NCBI GenBank assembly: GCA_049696195.1 | Contig: JBAVTM010000108.1 | Location: 1-35,917 of the forward strand | Length of the DNA: 35,917 nt | Direction: 5' to 3' | From: Desulfuromonadaceae bacterium | Lineage (GTDB): Bacteria; Desulfobacterota; Desulfuromonadia; Geobacterales; Pseudopelobacteraceae | In this document: piece after piece, positions 17,002 through 26,870 of the stretch | Layout: each line of letters opens with the position of its first letter | Position numbering within the stretch: position 1 is the first letter of the stretch | The notes under the pieces: model-generated | Told to the model about the DNA's origin: nothing | Seen by the model: the letters and a program-made list of their open reading frames with translations, nothing else | Database searches by the model: none | Position numbers and translations under genes: made by a program

Positions 17002-17063
17002 TAAAAAGCGGGGTGCCGGACGTGGCAAAGACGACTCAAGATTTAGAGCAGAAGGAGTTACAG

Positions 17064-17366
17064 ATGTTGCCAAGCAAAGAAGAAATGGCTCTTACAATTG
17101 ATGAAGCCGAGTGGAGCATCCTGCGAGCCCACTTGCAGCGAGGCGGACTGATTCTGGTTGATGATTCCCTTGATCTGGCCGACACCGCCCATAAAGTTGC
17201 CGCCGATGACGTCGAGATCATCCAGCATCTGATGGAAAACGGCATGATCGGCAAACCATCAGACTCAAAAATCCGCTCCTGGGAAGAGGATATTCATAAG
17301 AAATTTGCCATGCTTATTGTCAGCCCATATGTGCTGTTTCAGGAAAAAATGCCGACATTTCACTGA
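17064..17366 (+). CDS. DUF2288-like small protein
   Basis: AAGGAG lies 7 nt upstream of the ATG at 17064. The block WSILRAHLQRGGLILVDDSLDL and the tail FAMLIVSPYVLFQE recall DUF2288, from memory only. Confidence 0.65.
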   Translation: MLPSKEEMALTIDEAEWSILRAHLQRGGLILVDDSLDLADTAHKVAADDVEIIQHLMENGMIGKPSDSKIRSWEEDIHKKFAMLIVSPYVLFQEKMPTFH

Positions 17367-17381
17367 GTTAAAGGTATTAAA

Positions 17382-18041
17382 ATGGATATGACTTTTAACG
17401 ACAATGAAGTGCGCGTGCTGGGCAGCCTGATCGAAAAGGAGCTGACGACGCCGGAATACTACCCGCTGTCGCTTAATTCTCTCACTAACGCCTGCAACCA
17501 GAAGTCCAACCGTGATCCGGTGATGGCTCTGGCGGAGGAGGATGTCGTACGGGCTCTCGATTCGCTCCGGTTCAAACAGCTGGTGGTACTTTCGGCGGAG
17601 GGCGGGCGCGTACCGAAGTATCGCCACCTGCTGGCTGAAAAACTTAGCTTGATGCCGGCTGAGCAGGCGATTGTTTGCGAGCTGCTGCTGCGCGGTCCGC
17701 AGACCGTCGGCGAGTTGCGCACCCGGGGGGAGCGGATGCATCCGTTCGGCGACCTGGCTGCCGTTGAAGAGGTGCTGCAGGAATTGATGGTGCGGGAAAA
17801 GCCGCTGGTAGCCCTGATGCCGCGCCAACCCGGGAGGAAAGAGGGACGGTATGTCCAGCTTTTTTCCGGGATTCCGCAGTATCTCGAAGAGAGCTCTGAG
17901 GCGCGCCCCGAGGCTGCCCGGCAGCGGGTACTGGCAGAAAACGAACGAATTGCGAAGCTGGAGGAGGAGGTTGCCGCCCTGCGGGGTGAAGTGGCCGGCT
18001 TACAGCTGCAGATGGCGGAGTTTAAAGCGCAGTTTGAGTAA
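17382..18041 (+). CDS. yceH: YceH (DUF480) family protein
   Basis: EVRVLGSLIEKELTTPEYYPLSLNSLTNACNQKSNRDPV is the family signature. A C-terminal coiled coil follows. Confidence 0.85.
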   Translation: MDMTFNDNEVRVLGSLIEKELTTPEYYPLSLNSLTNACNQKSNRDPVMALAEEDVVRALDSLRFKQLVVLSAEGGRVPKYRHLLAEKLSLMPAEQAIVCELLLRGPQTVGELRTRGERMHPFGDLAAVEEVLQELMVREKPLVALMPRQPGRKEGRYVQLFSGIPQYLEESSEARPEAARQRVLAENERIAKLEEEVAALRGEVAGLQLQMAEFKAQFE

Positions 18042-19626
18042 CATCTTCGTCTTCAGGCCAGAAGCGGCGCTGCAGTTCGGCCATCAGAGGCCCCAGACTC
18101 TTCCGGTCGCGGGCCGACACCGTGACGCTGTTCCGGGTTCGTGCTGACTGGCGAACCTTGAGAAATGACACCACATCCTTCTTCTTTAAATCATTAAGCA
18201 GATCAGCCTTGTTGTAGACCAGCAGCTCCTGTTTGTCCCCCAGCTCCAACTCCGCCAGAATAGTCCGCACCTGAGCGATCTGATCCTCAAAACGGGGATG
18301 GGAAGCGTCCACAACGTGAAGCAGCAGGTCGGCATCGCGCATCTCTTCCAATGTCGCTTTGAAAGCCCCCATCAGAGATTTCGGCAGGGAACGGATAAAG
18401 CCGACCGTGTCGGTGATGATCACCTCACGCTCGCGCGGGAAGCGGAGGCGTCGGGTGGAGGTATCAAGCGTTGCAAAAAGGAGGTCCTCGGTAAAGACAT
18501 CACTCTTGGTCAGAGCATTCAACAGGGTCGATTTCCCGGCATTGGTATAGCCGACGATCGAAATGATCGGCACCCCGGCCTTGACCCGCTGTTTTCTCCG
18601 CTGGTCACGCCCCTGGGAAAGCTCTTTAAGTTCCCGCTCCAGACTCGCGATCCGGTCGCGGATACGCCGCCGGTCGGTTTCCAGCTTGGTTTCACCCGGT
18701 CCACGCCCGCCGATCCCCCCCATCAGGCGCGACATCTGCACACCGCGACCTGTCAGGCGCGGCAGCAGATATTTCAGTTGCGCCAGTTCGACCTGCACCT
18801 TGCCGTCCAGCGTTTTCGCCCGCCGGGCAAATATATCGAGGATCAGCTGGCTGCGGTCGATAACCTTCAGTTCGGTCATCGCGGAAATAGAGCGCATCTG
18901 GGCCGGAGTCAGCTCCTGATCGAAGATCAGCATGCTGGCGCCACGCTGCATCGCCCTGATGACCACGTCGCGCATCATCCCCTCCCCCATCAGAAAGCGG
19001 GGATTCAGTTTTTTCGGCCGCTGGATGAATTCATCAAGCGCCTCCACCTGGGCGGTCCGAGACAATTCGCGCAGCTCGGCCATTGAATCTTCCGCTTCCT
19101 GGCGGGTCCCGGAGGTCGTGACGGAAATCAGGATAGCTCGTTCGAGAGCATCCTTGGCTTTCGTTGCGGTGCGGGCCGCTTTTTCCAGATCGGCTTCCAG
19201 CTCCGGAATGAAGTGGATACAGTCGAGGTCAACCCGTTCAAGCGGGACAATCGGATCGAGGGTTGTGCTTGTCCCCCTTTGATCAGGTGACAGCCAGGCC
19301 AGCTGGGCGTATATCTGACTTTTGCCGGGGGTAAAAAGCAGGGCGGCCAGCAGATCAAACCGTAACAGGGAGAGATCGGTCAGATCATCTTCGGAGACCG
19401 GTTCGTTTTTCAGGTGAGTGTGGATCAAACGCAGACCGCGCATGACCCGTTTACCGAGCGGGTAATCGCGCAGTTCGGGGATTACCACCCCTTTTTCATC
19501 GCCGACAATGACGTATTCCACATTGCCGGCGCGGTTGACGAGAATGCCGATTTGGCGATGGAGGTCGTTTGAGAGTTCAACGAGGCGGGCAGCCAGCTCG
19601 TGTGAGCAGAATTCAGCGACCGGCAC
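18022..19626 (-). CDS. hflX: GTPase HflX with N-terminal extension
   Basis: G1 GYTNAGKSTLLNALT, G3 DTVGF and G4 NKAD motifs, plus the HflX N-domain and coiled linker. The start is a GTG. The 3' end overlaps yceH by 20 nt (convergent). Confidence 0.9.
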   Translation of the reverse strand: MPVAEFCSHELAARLVELSNDLHRQIGILVNRAGNVEYVIVGDEKGVVIPELRDYPLGKRVMRGLRLIHTHLKNEPVSEDDLTDLSLLRFDLLAALLFTPGKSQIYAQLAWLSPDQRGTSTTLDPIVPLERVDLDCIHFIPELEADLEKAARTATKAKDALERAILISVTTSGTRQEAEDSMAELRELSRTAQVEALDEFIQRPKKLNPRFLMGEGMMRDVVIRAMQRGASMLIFDQELTPAQMRSISAMTELKVIDRSQLILDIFARRAKTLDGKVQVELAQLKYLLPRLTGRGVQMSRLMGGIGGRGPGETKLETDRRRIRDRIASLERELKELSQGRDQRRKQRVKAGVPIISIVGYTNAGKSTLLNALTKSDVFTEDLLFATLDTSTRRLRFPREREVIITDTVGFIRSLPKSLMGAFKATLEEMRDADLLLHVVDASHPRFEDQIAQVRTILAELELGDKQELLVYNKADLLNDLKKKDVVSFLKVRQSARTRNSVTVSARDRKSLGPLMAELQRRFWPEDEDVTQTAL

Positions 19627-19719
19627 GCGCCTGCGGTAAAGGCGCTCCAGAGACTGGATCTGGCTTGATTTTAAGCCTGCAAGATTACCGAATGCTTCTT
19701 TAATGGGGTGACTCCAGAA

Positions 19720-20487
19720 TTACAGCCCGATGATGTTGTACCCGCCGTCAACGTAATGAATCTCGCCGCTCACGCCGCTGGCCATGTCGCTGCAGAGGTA
19801 GAGAGCAGACTTGGCAACGTCTTCCTGGGTGATGGTTCGCCGCAGCGGAGCTTTTGACTCGACATGGTTGAGAATATTGTGGAAGCCGTTGACCCCCGCC
19901 GCAGCAAGCGTACGGATCGGGCCGGCGGAAACAGCGTTTACCCGGATGCCTTCGGGACCGAACGCCTCGGACAGATAGCGCACAGAGGCCTCAAGTGCCG
20001 CTTTTGCAACACCCATGACGTTGTAGCTCGGGAAAACCTTCATCGCCCCGTAGTAGCTGAGCGTCAGTGCGGAACCGTTTCTCCCCTGCATCATCGGCTG
20101 GGCCGCCTTCATGATTTCCAGAAAGGAGTATACGCTGATGTCCATGGCGGTGGCAAAACCTTCACGGGTAGTATTTACGATTGTCCCCTTCAGTTCCTCC
20201 TTGTTCGCAAAAGCGACCGCATGGATGATAATGTCAACGCCATCCCAGACTTTGCCCAGTTCGCTAAAGACAGAGGCTATCTCATCATCGCTGGTAACGT
20301 TACAAGGAAGTACCGCGACAGCATCAATCGACTCCGCAAGTGGGCGGACCCGCTTCTCTATGGCCTCTCCGGCATAGGTCATCGCCAGTTCGGCCCCCTG
20401 TTCATGGAAAAGCCGAGCAATCGCCCAGGCGATACTCTTATCATTTGCAACACCAAAAATTACGGCTTTTTTTCCACGTAGCAACAT
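19720..20487 (-). CDS. fabI: Enoyl-ACP reductase (NADH)
   Basis: GVANDKSIAW near the N-terminus, Tyr/Lys active-site region (SYYGAMKVFPSYNVMGVAKAALE), and SGEIHYVDGG near the C-terminus. Confidence 0.95.
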   Translation of the reverse strand: MLLRGKKAVIFGVANDKSIAWAIARLFHEQGAELAMTYAGEAIEKRVRPLAESIDAVAVLPCNVTSDDEIASVFSELGKVWDGVDIIIHAVAFANKEELKGTIVNTTREGFATAMDISVYSFLEIMKAAQPMMQGRNGSALTLSYYGAMKVFPSYNVMGVAKAALEASVRYLSEAFGPEGIRVNAVSAGPIRTLAAAGVNGFHNILNHVESKAPLRRTITQEDVAKSALYLCSDMASGVSGEIHYVDGGYNIIGL

Positions 20488-20508
20488 CTTTATATATCCT
20501 CCGGTATT

Positions 20509-20844
20509 CTACACTGCGGATGACTCATCCGGACCGTTTTTTCCCGCCGCGGATTCAGGCGGTATCGCCTTATTTTCAATGGAATGTTCATGTGGTGATT
20601 CATTTGATGACTCGGCTGAAGTGTTGCTGCCCCCGGACGAATCTGCTTGGCGCCGCTCAGGTTCAACCGGCTGAAGATGCGCTTCAAGAACTTCCAGCCG
20701 TTTTTCTATTGCTTCGAGAACTTCCAGCGTCCGGTCCTGCTTCCCCTTGATCGCGAATACGACAAACGGCATGATCAGCCAGACCACAGCCAGAAAAAGA
20801 CCGATGATACACACCATCACCATGAAACCGCCAACAATCTCCAT
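20509..20844 (-). CDS. Hypothetical single-pass membrane protein
   Basis: One TM segment, a short repeated coiled segment (LEVLEAIEKRLEVLEAHL) and a Ser/Glu-rich tail. GGGAGAGG lies upstream of the ATG at 20844. Confidence 0.6.
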   Translation of the reverse strand: MEIVGGFMVMVCIIGLFLAVVWLIMPFVVFAIKGKQDRTLEVLEAIEKRLEVLEAHLQPVEPERRQADSSGGSNTSAESSNESPHEHSIENKAIPPESAAGKNGPDESSAV

Positions 20845-20917
20845 GTCCTCTCCCACAAAATATAGGTTCGTATCTATAACACAATAACATCAAAAAAGTT
20901 AAGGTGATATTTACTGT

Positions 20918-22423
20918 TTACGGCACCAGTAACGCTGCGTGATTGGAGCTGAAGTACGGCGGGTCGTTTCTGACTATTGCTGCTACCGCCGGGTGACGCT
21001 TGAATTCACTCTCCAGAAAGCGCCGTACCTGCTTACGATCCCAGCCGCCGGGATGCCGGAAGGAGGTGTAGAGTGAAAGATCACCTTCGTAGAACGGCTG
21101 GTTTCCGTATTCCCGGGCTTCATCTCCATAGAGTGGCATATTGAATAGCGCCAGGTTGAGAAAATTGATCGCCTGGTGATGACGGACGATAAAATCGAGT
21201 GTCCGGCGAGCTCCCACCAACGTCTCTCCCGGTGTTCCGAACAGCAGGTAGCAGTAGACAGCGATCCCGGCCCCGCGGAGGTTATTCAGCACCCGGGAGG
21301 CCAACCCGAGATCGATCCCCTTGCTCATCCGGTCCAGCACACCCTGATCACCCGACTCCAGTCCCAGTTTGAGCATGGCACACCCCGAGCGCTTAAGGGC
21401 ACGGCAGAATTCCGGGTCGGCCAGTCCTTCGTCAATTCGCGCAAAGCCGTACCAAGGGGCTCCCGGCGGATTTTCCACGAGGGCGCGGAGCAGCGCCGGG
21501 CTGACGGCATTATCCAGCAGATGGATCAGTACCGGACCGGTTTGTTCGGTCAGAAGCTTAAGGTCCGACAACACGACAGCGGTGGGAACAGGACGGTACG
21601 CGTTCCCTTCGGCACGCTCCGGGCAAAACGAGCACCGGTTCCAGTAACAGCCACTGCCGGCGCTGTAGGGGAGAATAAGGCCGGGAGAAAAATACTCACT
21701 CAGCGGCAGCGTCGAGTAATCGGGGGTTACATGCAGCTCCGGCGCCGTACTGTTCCCCATGAGTGCCAGCAGCGGTCCCTCTCCCGGCCCGGGGATCAGA
21801 TGATCCACCATATCTCCGAAAGGGTTGCTCCAACCGGGGCGCTGCATCCAGGAGGTAACCAACCCGCCCCCAAGTACAATTTTCAGCGCCGAATACCGCT
21901 TTCTGAGGTGACCGATCATGGCAAAGGTGCAGAGCGCCTGGCTGAGATAGTTGAGTGAAAATCCTACCGTTCCGACGCCGTCGAGAATTTCCGGAAAGCG
22001 CTGATTGAAATAAGGAAAAAACGGATTCTGCTCCGGCCGCAGAGCCGCAGCAAGCAGGTCGCGGCTGCGCAGTGGCGAGAGTGTTGTATGCTGGTAGTCG
22101 GCCAGCCCGGCAGAGACACCATTTCCGGCAGCAGAGAGGGCCAGAATACGGTTAAGGTCACTGATCGCGCGGCGATAGCGGTCAGGCGTCTGGTAGGTTT
22201 TGATGTCGCGCAGAGCGGCCAGGTTCCGTACCCGTCCCTTAGCCGCCCGGCGACTCCAGGTATCAGCGGCGGTCAGCGGCTGTTCCACCAACCAGAGCTG
22301 CCCTTCCAGATTGGCATCCAGAGTTCGGCAAGGGACGCCGTGAGCCTTCAATGCGGCGGCCAGACGCGCTATGCCGGCCGGTGGCTCGCACGCTTTGGCG
22401 AGGGGCGGGAATATGAGCAGCAT
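20918..22423 (-). CDS. B12-binding-domain radical SAM protein
   Basis: N-terminal Rossmann-like B12-type domain (LLIFPPLAK...GIARLAAALKAHG). The cluster motif GSGCYWNRCSFCPE lies at 21623-21649. Confidence 0.85.
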   Translation of the reverse strand: MLLIFPPLAKACEPPAGIARLAAALKAHGVPCRTLDANLEGQLWLVEQPLTAADTWSRRAAKGRVRNLAALRDIKTYQTPDRYRRAISDLNRILALSAAGNGVSAGLADYQHTTLSPLRSRDLLAAALRPEQNPFFPYFNQRFPEILDGVGTVGFSLNYLSQALCTFAMIGHLRKRYSALKIVLGGGLVTSWMQRPGWSNPFGDMVDHLIPGPGEGPLLALMGNSTAPELHVTPDYSTLPLSEYFSPGLILPYSAGSGCYWNRCSFCPERAEGNAYRPVPTAVVLSDLKLLTEQTGPVLIHLLDNAVSPALLRALVENPPGAPWYGFARIDEGLADPEFCRALKRSGCAMLKLGLESGDQGVLDRMSKGIDLGLASRVLNNLRGAGIAVYCYLLFGTPGETLVGARRTLDFIVRHHQAINFLNLALFNMPLYGDEAREYGNQPFYEGDLSLYTSFRHPGGWDRKQVRRFLESEFKRHPAVAAIVRNDPPYFSSNHAALLVP

Positions 22424-22443
22424 GCCGTACCGGTCCCGGCAGG

Positions 22444-23544
22444 CTACTGGTACTGGATATAGAGCGGCTTCGGATTCAGCTTGAGAACTTCCTGCGGAGT
22501 CAGCAGAGGGTCGCCCTTCTTTGTGTCATTATGATAAAAGAGTTTGAACCCGGTATACTGCACCGGTTCGGCAACGACATAATCCTTGTACGAATCCCGC
22601 TTCAGCCAGGGAGCCCCCCAGCCATCCATATGCATGACCATCTGCACTTCAGGGCGCAGCACAATATGTTTTGAATTTGTGACGCCGTTGCGGGTAAAGC
22701 GGTGCACGGTAAACACCTTGGGAGGAAGCTTATATTTCACAACCAGCTCCTTCAGATACGCGGAAGCGTAGTTGATATCGGCCGCATCGTAGGTGCCGAT
22801 CTTGGTACCCGGCTTTTTGCCGCTTTTTATCAGGTTGAATTCCGGATCGATCCCCAGATGCACGTCAGGATTCTTCAGAATCCATTCGAAACGCGGCAGC
22901 ACCGAGCGAATATCATCATGTCCGGTTTGAATATCGATAAACATGACTGCACCGGCTTCTTTGGCCCAGCCATATACCTGGTTAATGATTTTGTCCGGCA
23001 TGACCATACGGTATTTGCCATCCTTGCCGGGTGCCCCCTGTGCCACCACCGCAATCAGATGCAGCGCCGGTTGTACCGGGGTGGCCGGATCAGCAGCCTG
23101 CCACTTGGCCACCTCACCTTTCAGGCGCTTCAGCATTTCGTCTTTGGGGAATTCACCGAGCGCCCCCATCTTCTTTGAAAGCGGGTTGCCGTAATAGGCA
23201 ACAATGCGCCTGGATGGCAGGATCGAGCCGGGGAGCGGTGCGGGACACGGCACCGGCCAACCACATTGTTTGGCATACTCCGGACTCTCACCGGCACTGT
23301 ACTTAATCTTGGGAGCAGAGTTGCGGGCGGCGCTCGTCTGTGCCGCAAAAACCGCAGCTTTCCTGGAGGCAGTCGTCGTCGCCGCAAATGCAGCCTCAGC
23401 GGCCCTCAGTTCGGTTTCCTTCTGTGTTTTTGCCCTCGGCTCAACATTCCTGCTGTCTGTACACGCGGCAAGAGCAAATATAACGAAAATCAGTATTAAT
23501 GAGATGAATGCGTTGCGCCGGTTTTTCAAATGGTACTCCTTCAC
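22444..23544 (-). CDS. Hypothetical lipoprotein
   Basis: Lipobox FALAAC and an Ala-rich linker, followed by a roughly 270-aa globular domain of unknown family. The start is GTG 23544 or TTG 23529 (GAAGGAG lies 5 nt upstream of the latter). Confidence 0.75.
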   Translation of the reverse strand: MKEYHLKNRRNAFISLILIFVIFALAACTDSRNVEPRAKTQKETELRAAEAAFAATTTASRKAAVFAAQTSAARNSAPKIKYSAGESPEYAKQCGWPVPCPAPLPGSILPSRRIVAYYGNPLSKKMGALGEFPKDEMLKRLKGEVAKWQAADPATPVQPALHLIAVVAQGAPGKDGKYRMVMPDKIINQVYGWAKEAGAVMFIDIQTGHDDIRSVLPRFEWILKNPDVHLGIDPEFNLIKSGKKPGTKIGTYDAADINYASAYLKELVVKYKLPPKVFTVHRFTRNGVTNSKHIVLRPEVQMVMHMDGWGAPWLKRDSYKDYVVAEPVQYTGFKLFYHNDTKKGDPLLTPQEVLKLNPKPLYIQYQ

Positions 23545-23580
23545 GTTGTATGGCTCCTGTTTTTGCCACGATGCCGATGG

Positions 23581-23805
23581 CTATTGATCCGGATCTTCCA
23601 TCAGAAAATCTTCAATGTCGATGGCATCTTTTACCTTATATATAAGCGCGTCAGGCCACTCCCTGATCGAAAGTCTGGTCAGCATTTTCGCTTCCTCAAA
23701 CGTCAAATCGACGTCATCAGGCAGCTTGTCAGCAAGTTCATCCACCCACCGTGCCTCATGCGCTGACAACGGAGCCTGCAGCAATTCCCTACTCGATATT
23801 TTCAT
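23581..23805 (-). CDS. Hypothetical acidic 74-aa protein
   Basis: GGAGG lies 5 nt upstream of the ATG at 23805. No recognisable family. Confidence 0.55.
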   Translation of the reverse strand: MKISSRELLQAPLSAHEARWVDELADKLPDDVDLTFEEAKMLTRLSIREWPDALIYKVKDAIDIEDFLMEDPDQ

Positions 23806-24046
23806 CCCGGCCTCCACCCTGCAACACGTTTTTTCGAACCGTTAAGGGTACAGTGAAAACGGAATTCACACAAGTTTATTTTGAGATATTATTTGACAAA
23901 GGAGCACAAAATGTGTCACCTGAACAACAATCACTCGCGCCCCCCTGCAAAGCGGACAGATGTGATAGAAAAATATTTCCTGCTCGGCCAACTAATCAGG
24001 ACAATGCGTCCTCAGAATAATTTCAACATACCAAGGAGAATCAACC

Positions 24047-24529
24047 ATGACCATCTGTCCGTGCGGAAGCGGCAATCCCTACTCCGAATGCTGTGAGCAG
24101 ATCATTTCGGGCGGCAGGCCTGCAGAGACGGCCGAGCAACTCATGCGGGCCCGCTATTCGGCGTACGTACTCGCCCGGATGGATTTTGTCTTTGAGAGCA
24201 CCCACCCTGACCACCGTCAGGGGTATGATCACGCAGGAACCAAAGAGTGGGCCGAAACAGCCCAATGGCAGGGGCTTGAAATCATCGGTACCCACAAAGG
24301 TGAGGAGAACGACTCAGTCGGAGAAGTAGAATTCATTGCCCGTTTCATCGAAAACGGCAACAGCCGCGAACATCACGAAGCGGGGCAATTCAAGAGGAAA
24401 GATGGCCGCTGGTATTTCACCGAAGGGGAGATGGTCCGTCCAAAACCGTTGGCCGTCACCAAGATCGGCCGCAATGACCCCTGCACCTGCGGAAGCGGCC
24501 TCAAATACAAAAAGTGTTGCGGAAAATAA
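24047..24529 (+). CDS. ychJ: YchJ family protein (two SEC-C zinc motifs)
   Basis: N-terminal CPCGSG...ECC and C-terminal [16 protein letters not shown] flank an NTF2-like core (RARYSAY). Confidence 0.9.
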   Translation: MTICPCGSGNPYSECCEQIISGGRPAETAEQLMRARYSAYVLARMDFVFESTHPDHRQGYDHAGTKEWAETAQWQGLEIIGTHKGEENDSVGEVEFIARFIENGNSREHHEAGQFKRKDGRWYFTEGEMVRPKPLAVTKIGRNDPCTCGSGLKYKKCCGK

Positions 24530-24560
24530 TGCCGACATTGGCGCAGAGGTATTGAAACTG

Positions 24561-24587
24561 AAAAGGCGGCTCAAGAGCCGCCTTTTT
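24561..24587. terminator. Bidirectional Rho-independent terminator
   Basis: aaaaGGCGGCT-caag-AGCCGCCttttt between convergent ychJ and ubiE. Confidence 0.75.
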
Positions 24588-24613
24588 CTATGACCGGGCC
24601 AACATCACCGGCA

Positions 24614-25330
24614 TTATTTTTCTTCTTTTTCAGCGGCATAGATCGTGGCAATGCCAAGGGTAAGTTCGTGGAGATGAACGTTGCAGAAGCCGGCTTCGGC
24701 GATCATGCCCGAGAAATCCTCCTGTGAAGGGAATTCGAGCACGGAGTCGGGCAGGTATTTGTATGCGTTGTACCTCGAGAAAAGCCCGCCGACAACCGGC
24801 AGCAGGCGACGGAAGTAAAAATAATACAGCTGCCTGAACAACTGTGAACGCGGTGTAGAAAACTCCAGTATGATCATCCGGCCGCCGGGACGCAGCACTC
24901 GCCACATCTCAGCCAACCCCAGTTTTCTGTCAACGACGTTCCTGATGCCAAAGGCAATGGTGATCGAGTCAAACGTATCATTGGCAAACGGCAGATCCTC
25001 GCAAGGGGCAACCTTCAAGTCAATCCTGTCGGCATAGGGTGATGCAGCCACCTTTACGGCACCCAGATCAACCATCTCCTTACAAAAATCAGCACCGGTA
25101 ATCCTGACCGATTCAGGTGTGCGGCGGGCAATTTCCAGTGCCACATCACCGGTGCCGGTGGCCACATCGAGAATGCGGGAACCTTCACGGTACTTGAGCA
25201 GCCGAACGGCTTTTGTTCGCCAACGACGGTCGATTCCAAAACTCAACAGCCGGTTAAGAAAATCATATCGGGGAGCAATCGCCCCAAACATCTGCTGGAT
25301 TTTTTCCCCTTTATCTGAAAGCCTGAACAT
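24614..25330 (-). CDS. ubiE: Demethylmenaquinone / ubiquinone C-methyltransferase
   Basis: FGAIAPRYDFLNRLLSFGIDRRWR and the SAM motif LDVATGTGD. Confidence 0.9.
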   Translation of the reverse strand: MFRLSDKGEKIQQMFGAIAPRYDFLNRLLSFGIDRRWRTKAVRLLKYREGSRILDVATGTGDVALEIARRTPESVRITGADFCKEMVDLGAVKVAASPYADRIDLKVAPCEDLPFANDTFDSITIAFGIRNVVDRKLGLAEMWRVLRPGGRMIILEFSTPRSQLFRQLYYFYFRRLLPVVGGLFSRYNAYKYLPDSVLEFPSQEDFSGMIAEAGFCNVHLHELTLGIATIYAAEKEEK

Positions 25331-25447
25331 TCGTTTCCACTACCTTTTAAATGATTTAAGTGCTATAAAATCAGCGTGTCTATGTAGCATATTTTGCCCG
25401 CCATTCACCAGAAAAAACAAGCCGCACCCTCAGGAGACGCAACAACA

Positions 25448-26866
25448 GTGATACCCACCATCCGCATTCAGGACATCGCAGACATATTGATCATGACCAT
25501 TCTGCTTTACCAGCTGTATTCCTGGTTTCGCGGAACGAGGGCAATTCAGGTACTGCTGGGACTTGGCGTCGTGACCCTGATCTATTTTACAACCCGCTTC
25601 CTGGATCTTTATATGACAAGCTGGGTGCTTCAGGAGCTTGGCACCGTCCTGATCGTCCTTATAATCGTTGTATTTCAAACCGAGATCCGCCAGGCGCTGT
25701 ATCGCTTCAGCCTCCTGCGCCACATACTCGACAGTCACCAGGAAACTCAGCATAGTCAATTTCAGGATATAGCCGAGACGCTATTTCGGATGGCGGCCAA
25801 CAGAACCGGCGCCCTGATTGTTTTTCAAGGCAATGAATCGCTGAACGATCTGATGACGAACGGTGTGGTAATTAACAGTGAAATATCTCCCCAAATGCTG
25901 GAATCGATTTTTTATAATGGCGCACCGTTTCATGATGGAGCGGCACTCATCAATAACGGCAGAATCGAAAGGGCGGCCTGCCACCTGCCGCTCTCGGTCA
26001 GCCCCGATGTTCCGCAGCATCTTGGCACCCGCCACCGGGCTGCACTCGGATTATCGGAGCGAAGTGATGCGGTTATTGTTGCCATATCAGAGGAACGCGG
26101 TGAAGTATCTCTGGTAACAGCCGGAACATTTCGCCGTATGAATACCCCCACCGAACTGATTATGGCGCTCGACGAGCTACTGAGAAGTGAAACAGAGCGT
26201 CCACGGATCACGTTGCGGCAGCGCGTTTTTTCAAACCTGTTCCCGAAGATCGCCCTCCTGCTAGGTGTATGCGTTTTCTGGGGGTTGATAACAACCCGTC
26301 AGGGACAGATCACAACGGTCACAGCCCCGGTACGACTGCATGGTGTTCCTGACAGCATATTTTTGCTCCGGACAGTCCCTGAAGACGTGACAGTCCAGAT
26401 AAAATCAATGTCAAGCCTGACTCCACCACCATCGAAACTCGACCTGACCGCCGAAATTGACGCCTCGGGAATAAAAGAAGGAACGACTGCCTTAAGAGTA
26501 CGTCATGCTGACATTACCACTCCGTCAGGCATGATCATAACGTCGGTATCACCATCCGGCGTGCGGGTTTCCGCCGAGAAAAAACTGCGCAGGAACGTGC
26601 CGGTACGAGCCACAATCAAAGGCAGGCTGCCGTCCGGCCAGTCATCTTTTCAAGTTACCTGCGAGCCGGGCTCAGTCGATATAGAGGGGCCAGCCAGCCA
26701 GGTCTCGCAGATTGCCTCGGTTGCAACTGAAGAGATCGACGCCAGCCAATTGAAAAGGGGGAAAGAATATCTGAAAAATCTGCGGGTACCGGAAAAACAG
26801 GTATCCATACTATGGAACACTCCCGTTACGATTAAACTTTCCACTCGGGACAGGCGGCATCAATAG
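25448..26866 (+). CDS. cdaA: Diadenylate cyclase (CdaA-type) fused to a TM segment and YbbR/CdaR-like domains
   Basis: Three N-terminal TM helices. The DAC domain has the HDGAALI and GTRHRAALG motifs. A fourth TM (IALLLGVCVFWGLI) follows, then about 200 aa of beta-rich repeats resembling YbbR domains. The GTG at 25448 has AGGAG 11 nt upstream; TTG 25394 is an alternative start. Confidence 0.85.
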   Translation: MIPTIRIQDIADILIMTILLYQLYSWFRGTRAIQVLLGLGVVTLIYFTTRFLDLYMTSWVLQELGTVLIVLIIVVFQTEIRQALYRFSLLRHILDSHQETQHSQFQDIAETLFRMAANRTGALIVFQGNESLNDLMTNGVVINSEISPQMLESIFYNGAPFHDGAALINNGRIERAACHLPLSVSPDVPQHLGTRHRAALGLSERSDAVIVAISEERGEVSLVTAGTFRRMNTPTELIMALDELLRSETERPRITLRQRVFSNLFPKIALLLGVCVFWGLITTRQGQITTVTAPVRLHGVPDSIFLLRTVPEDVTVQIKSMSSLTPPPSKLDLTAEIDASGIKEGTTALRVRHADITTPSGMIITSVSPSGVRVSAEKKLRRNVPVRATIKGRLPSGQSSFQVTCEPGSVDIEGPASQVSQIASVATEEIDASQLKRGKEYLKNLRVPEKQVSILWNTPVTIKLSTRDRRHQ

Positions 26867-26870
26867 AGTT

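Noticed and set aside
23911-24096. ORF MCHLNNNHSRPP... with AAGGAG 7 nt upstream, overlapping the ychJ start.
   Set aside because: The product is basic and low-complexity. The ORF overlaps the strongly supported ychJ gene out of frame by 50 nt, and no family is recognised. It is kept as unlikely.
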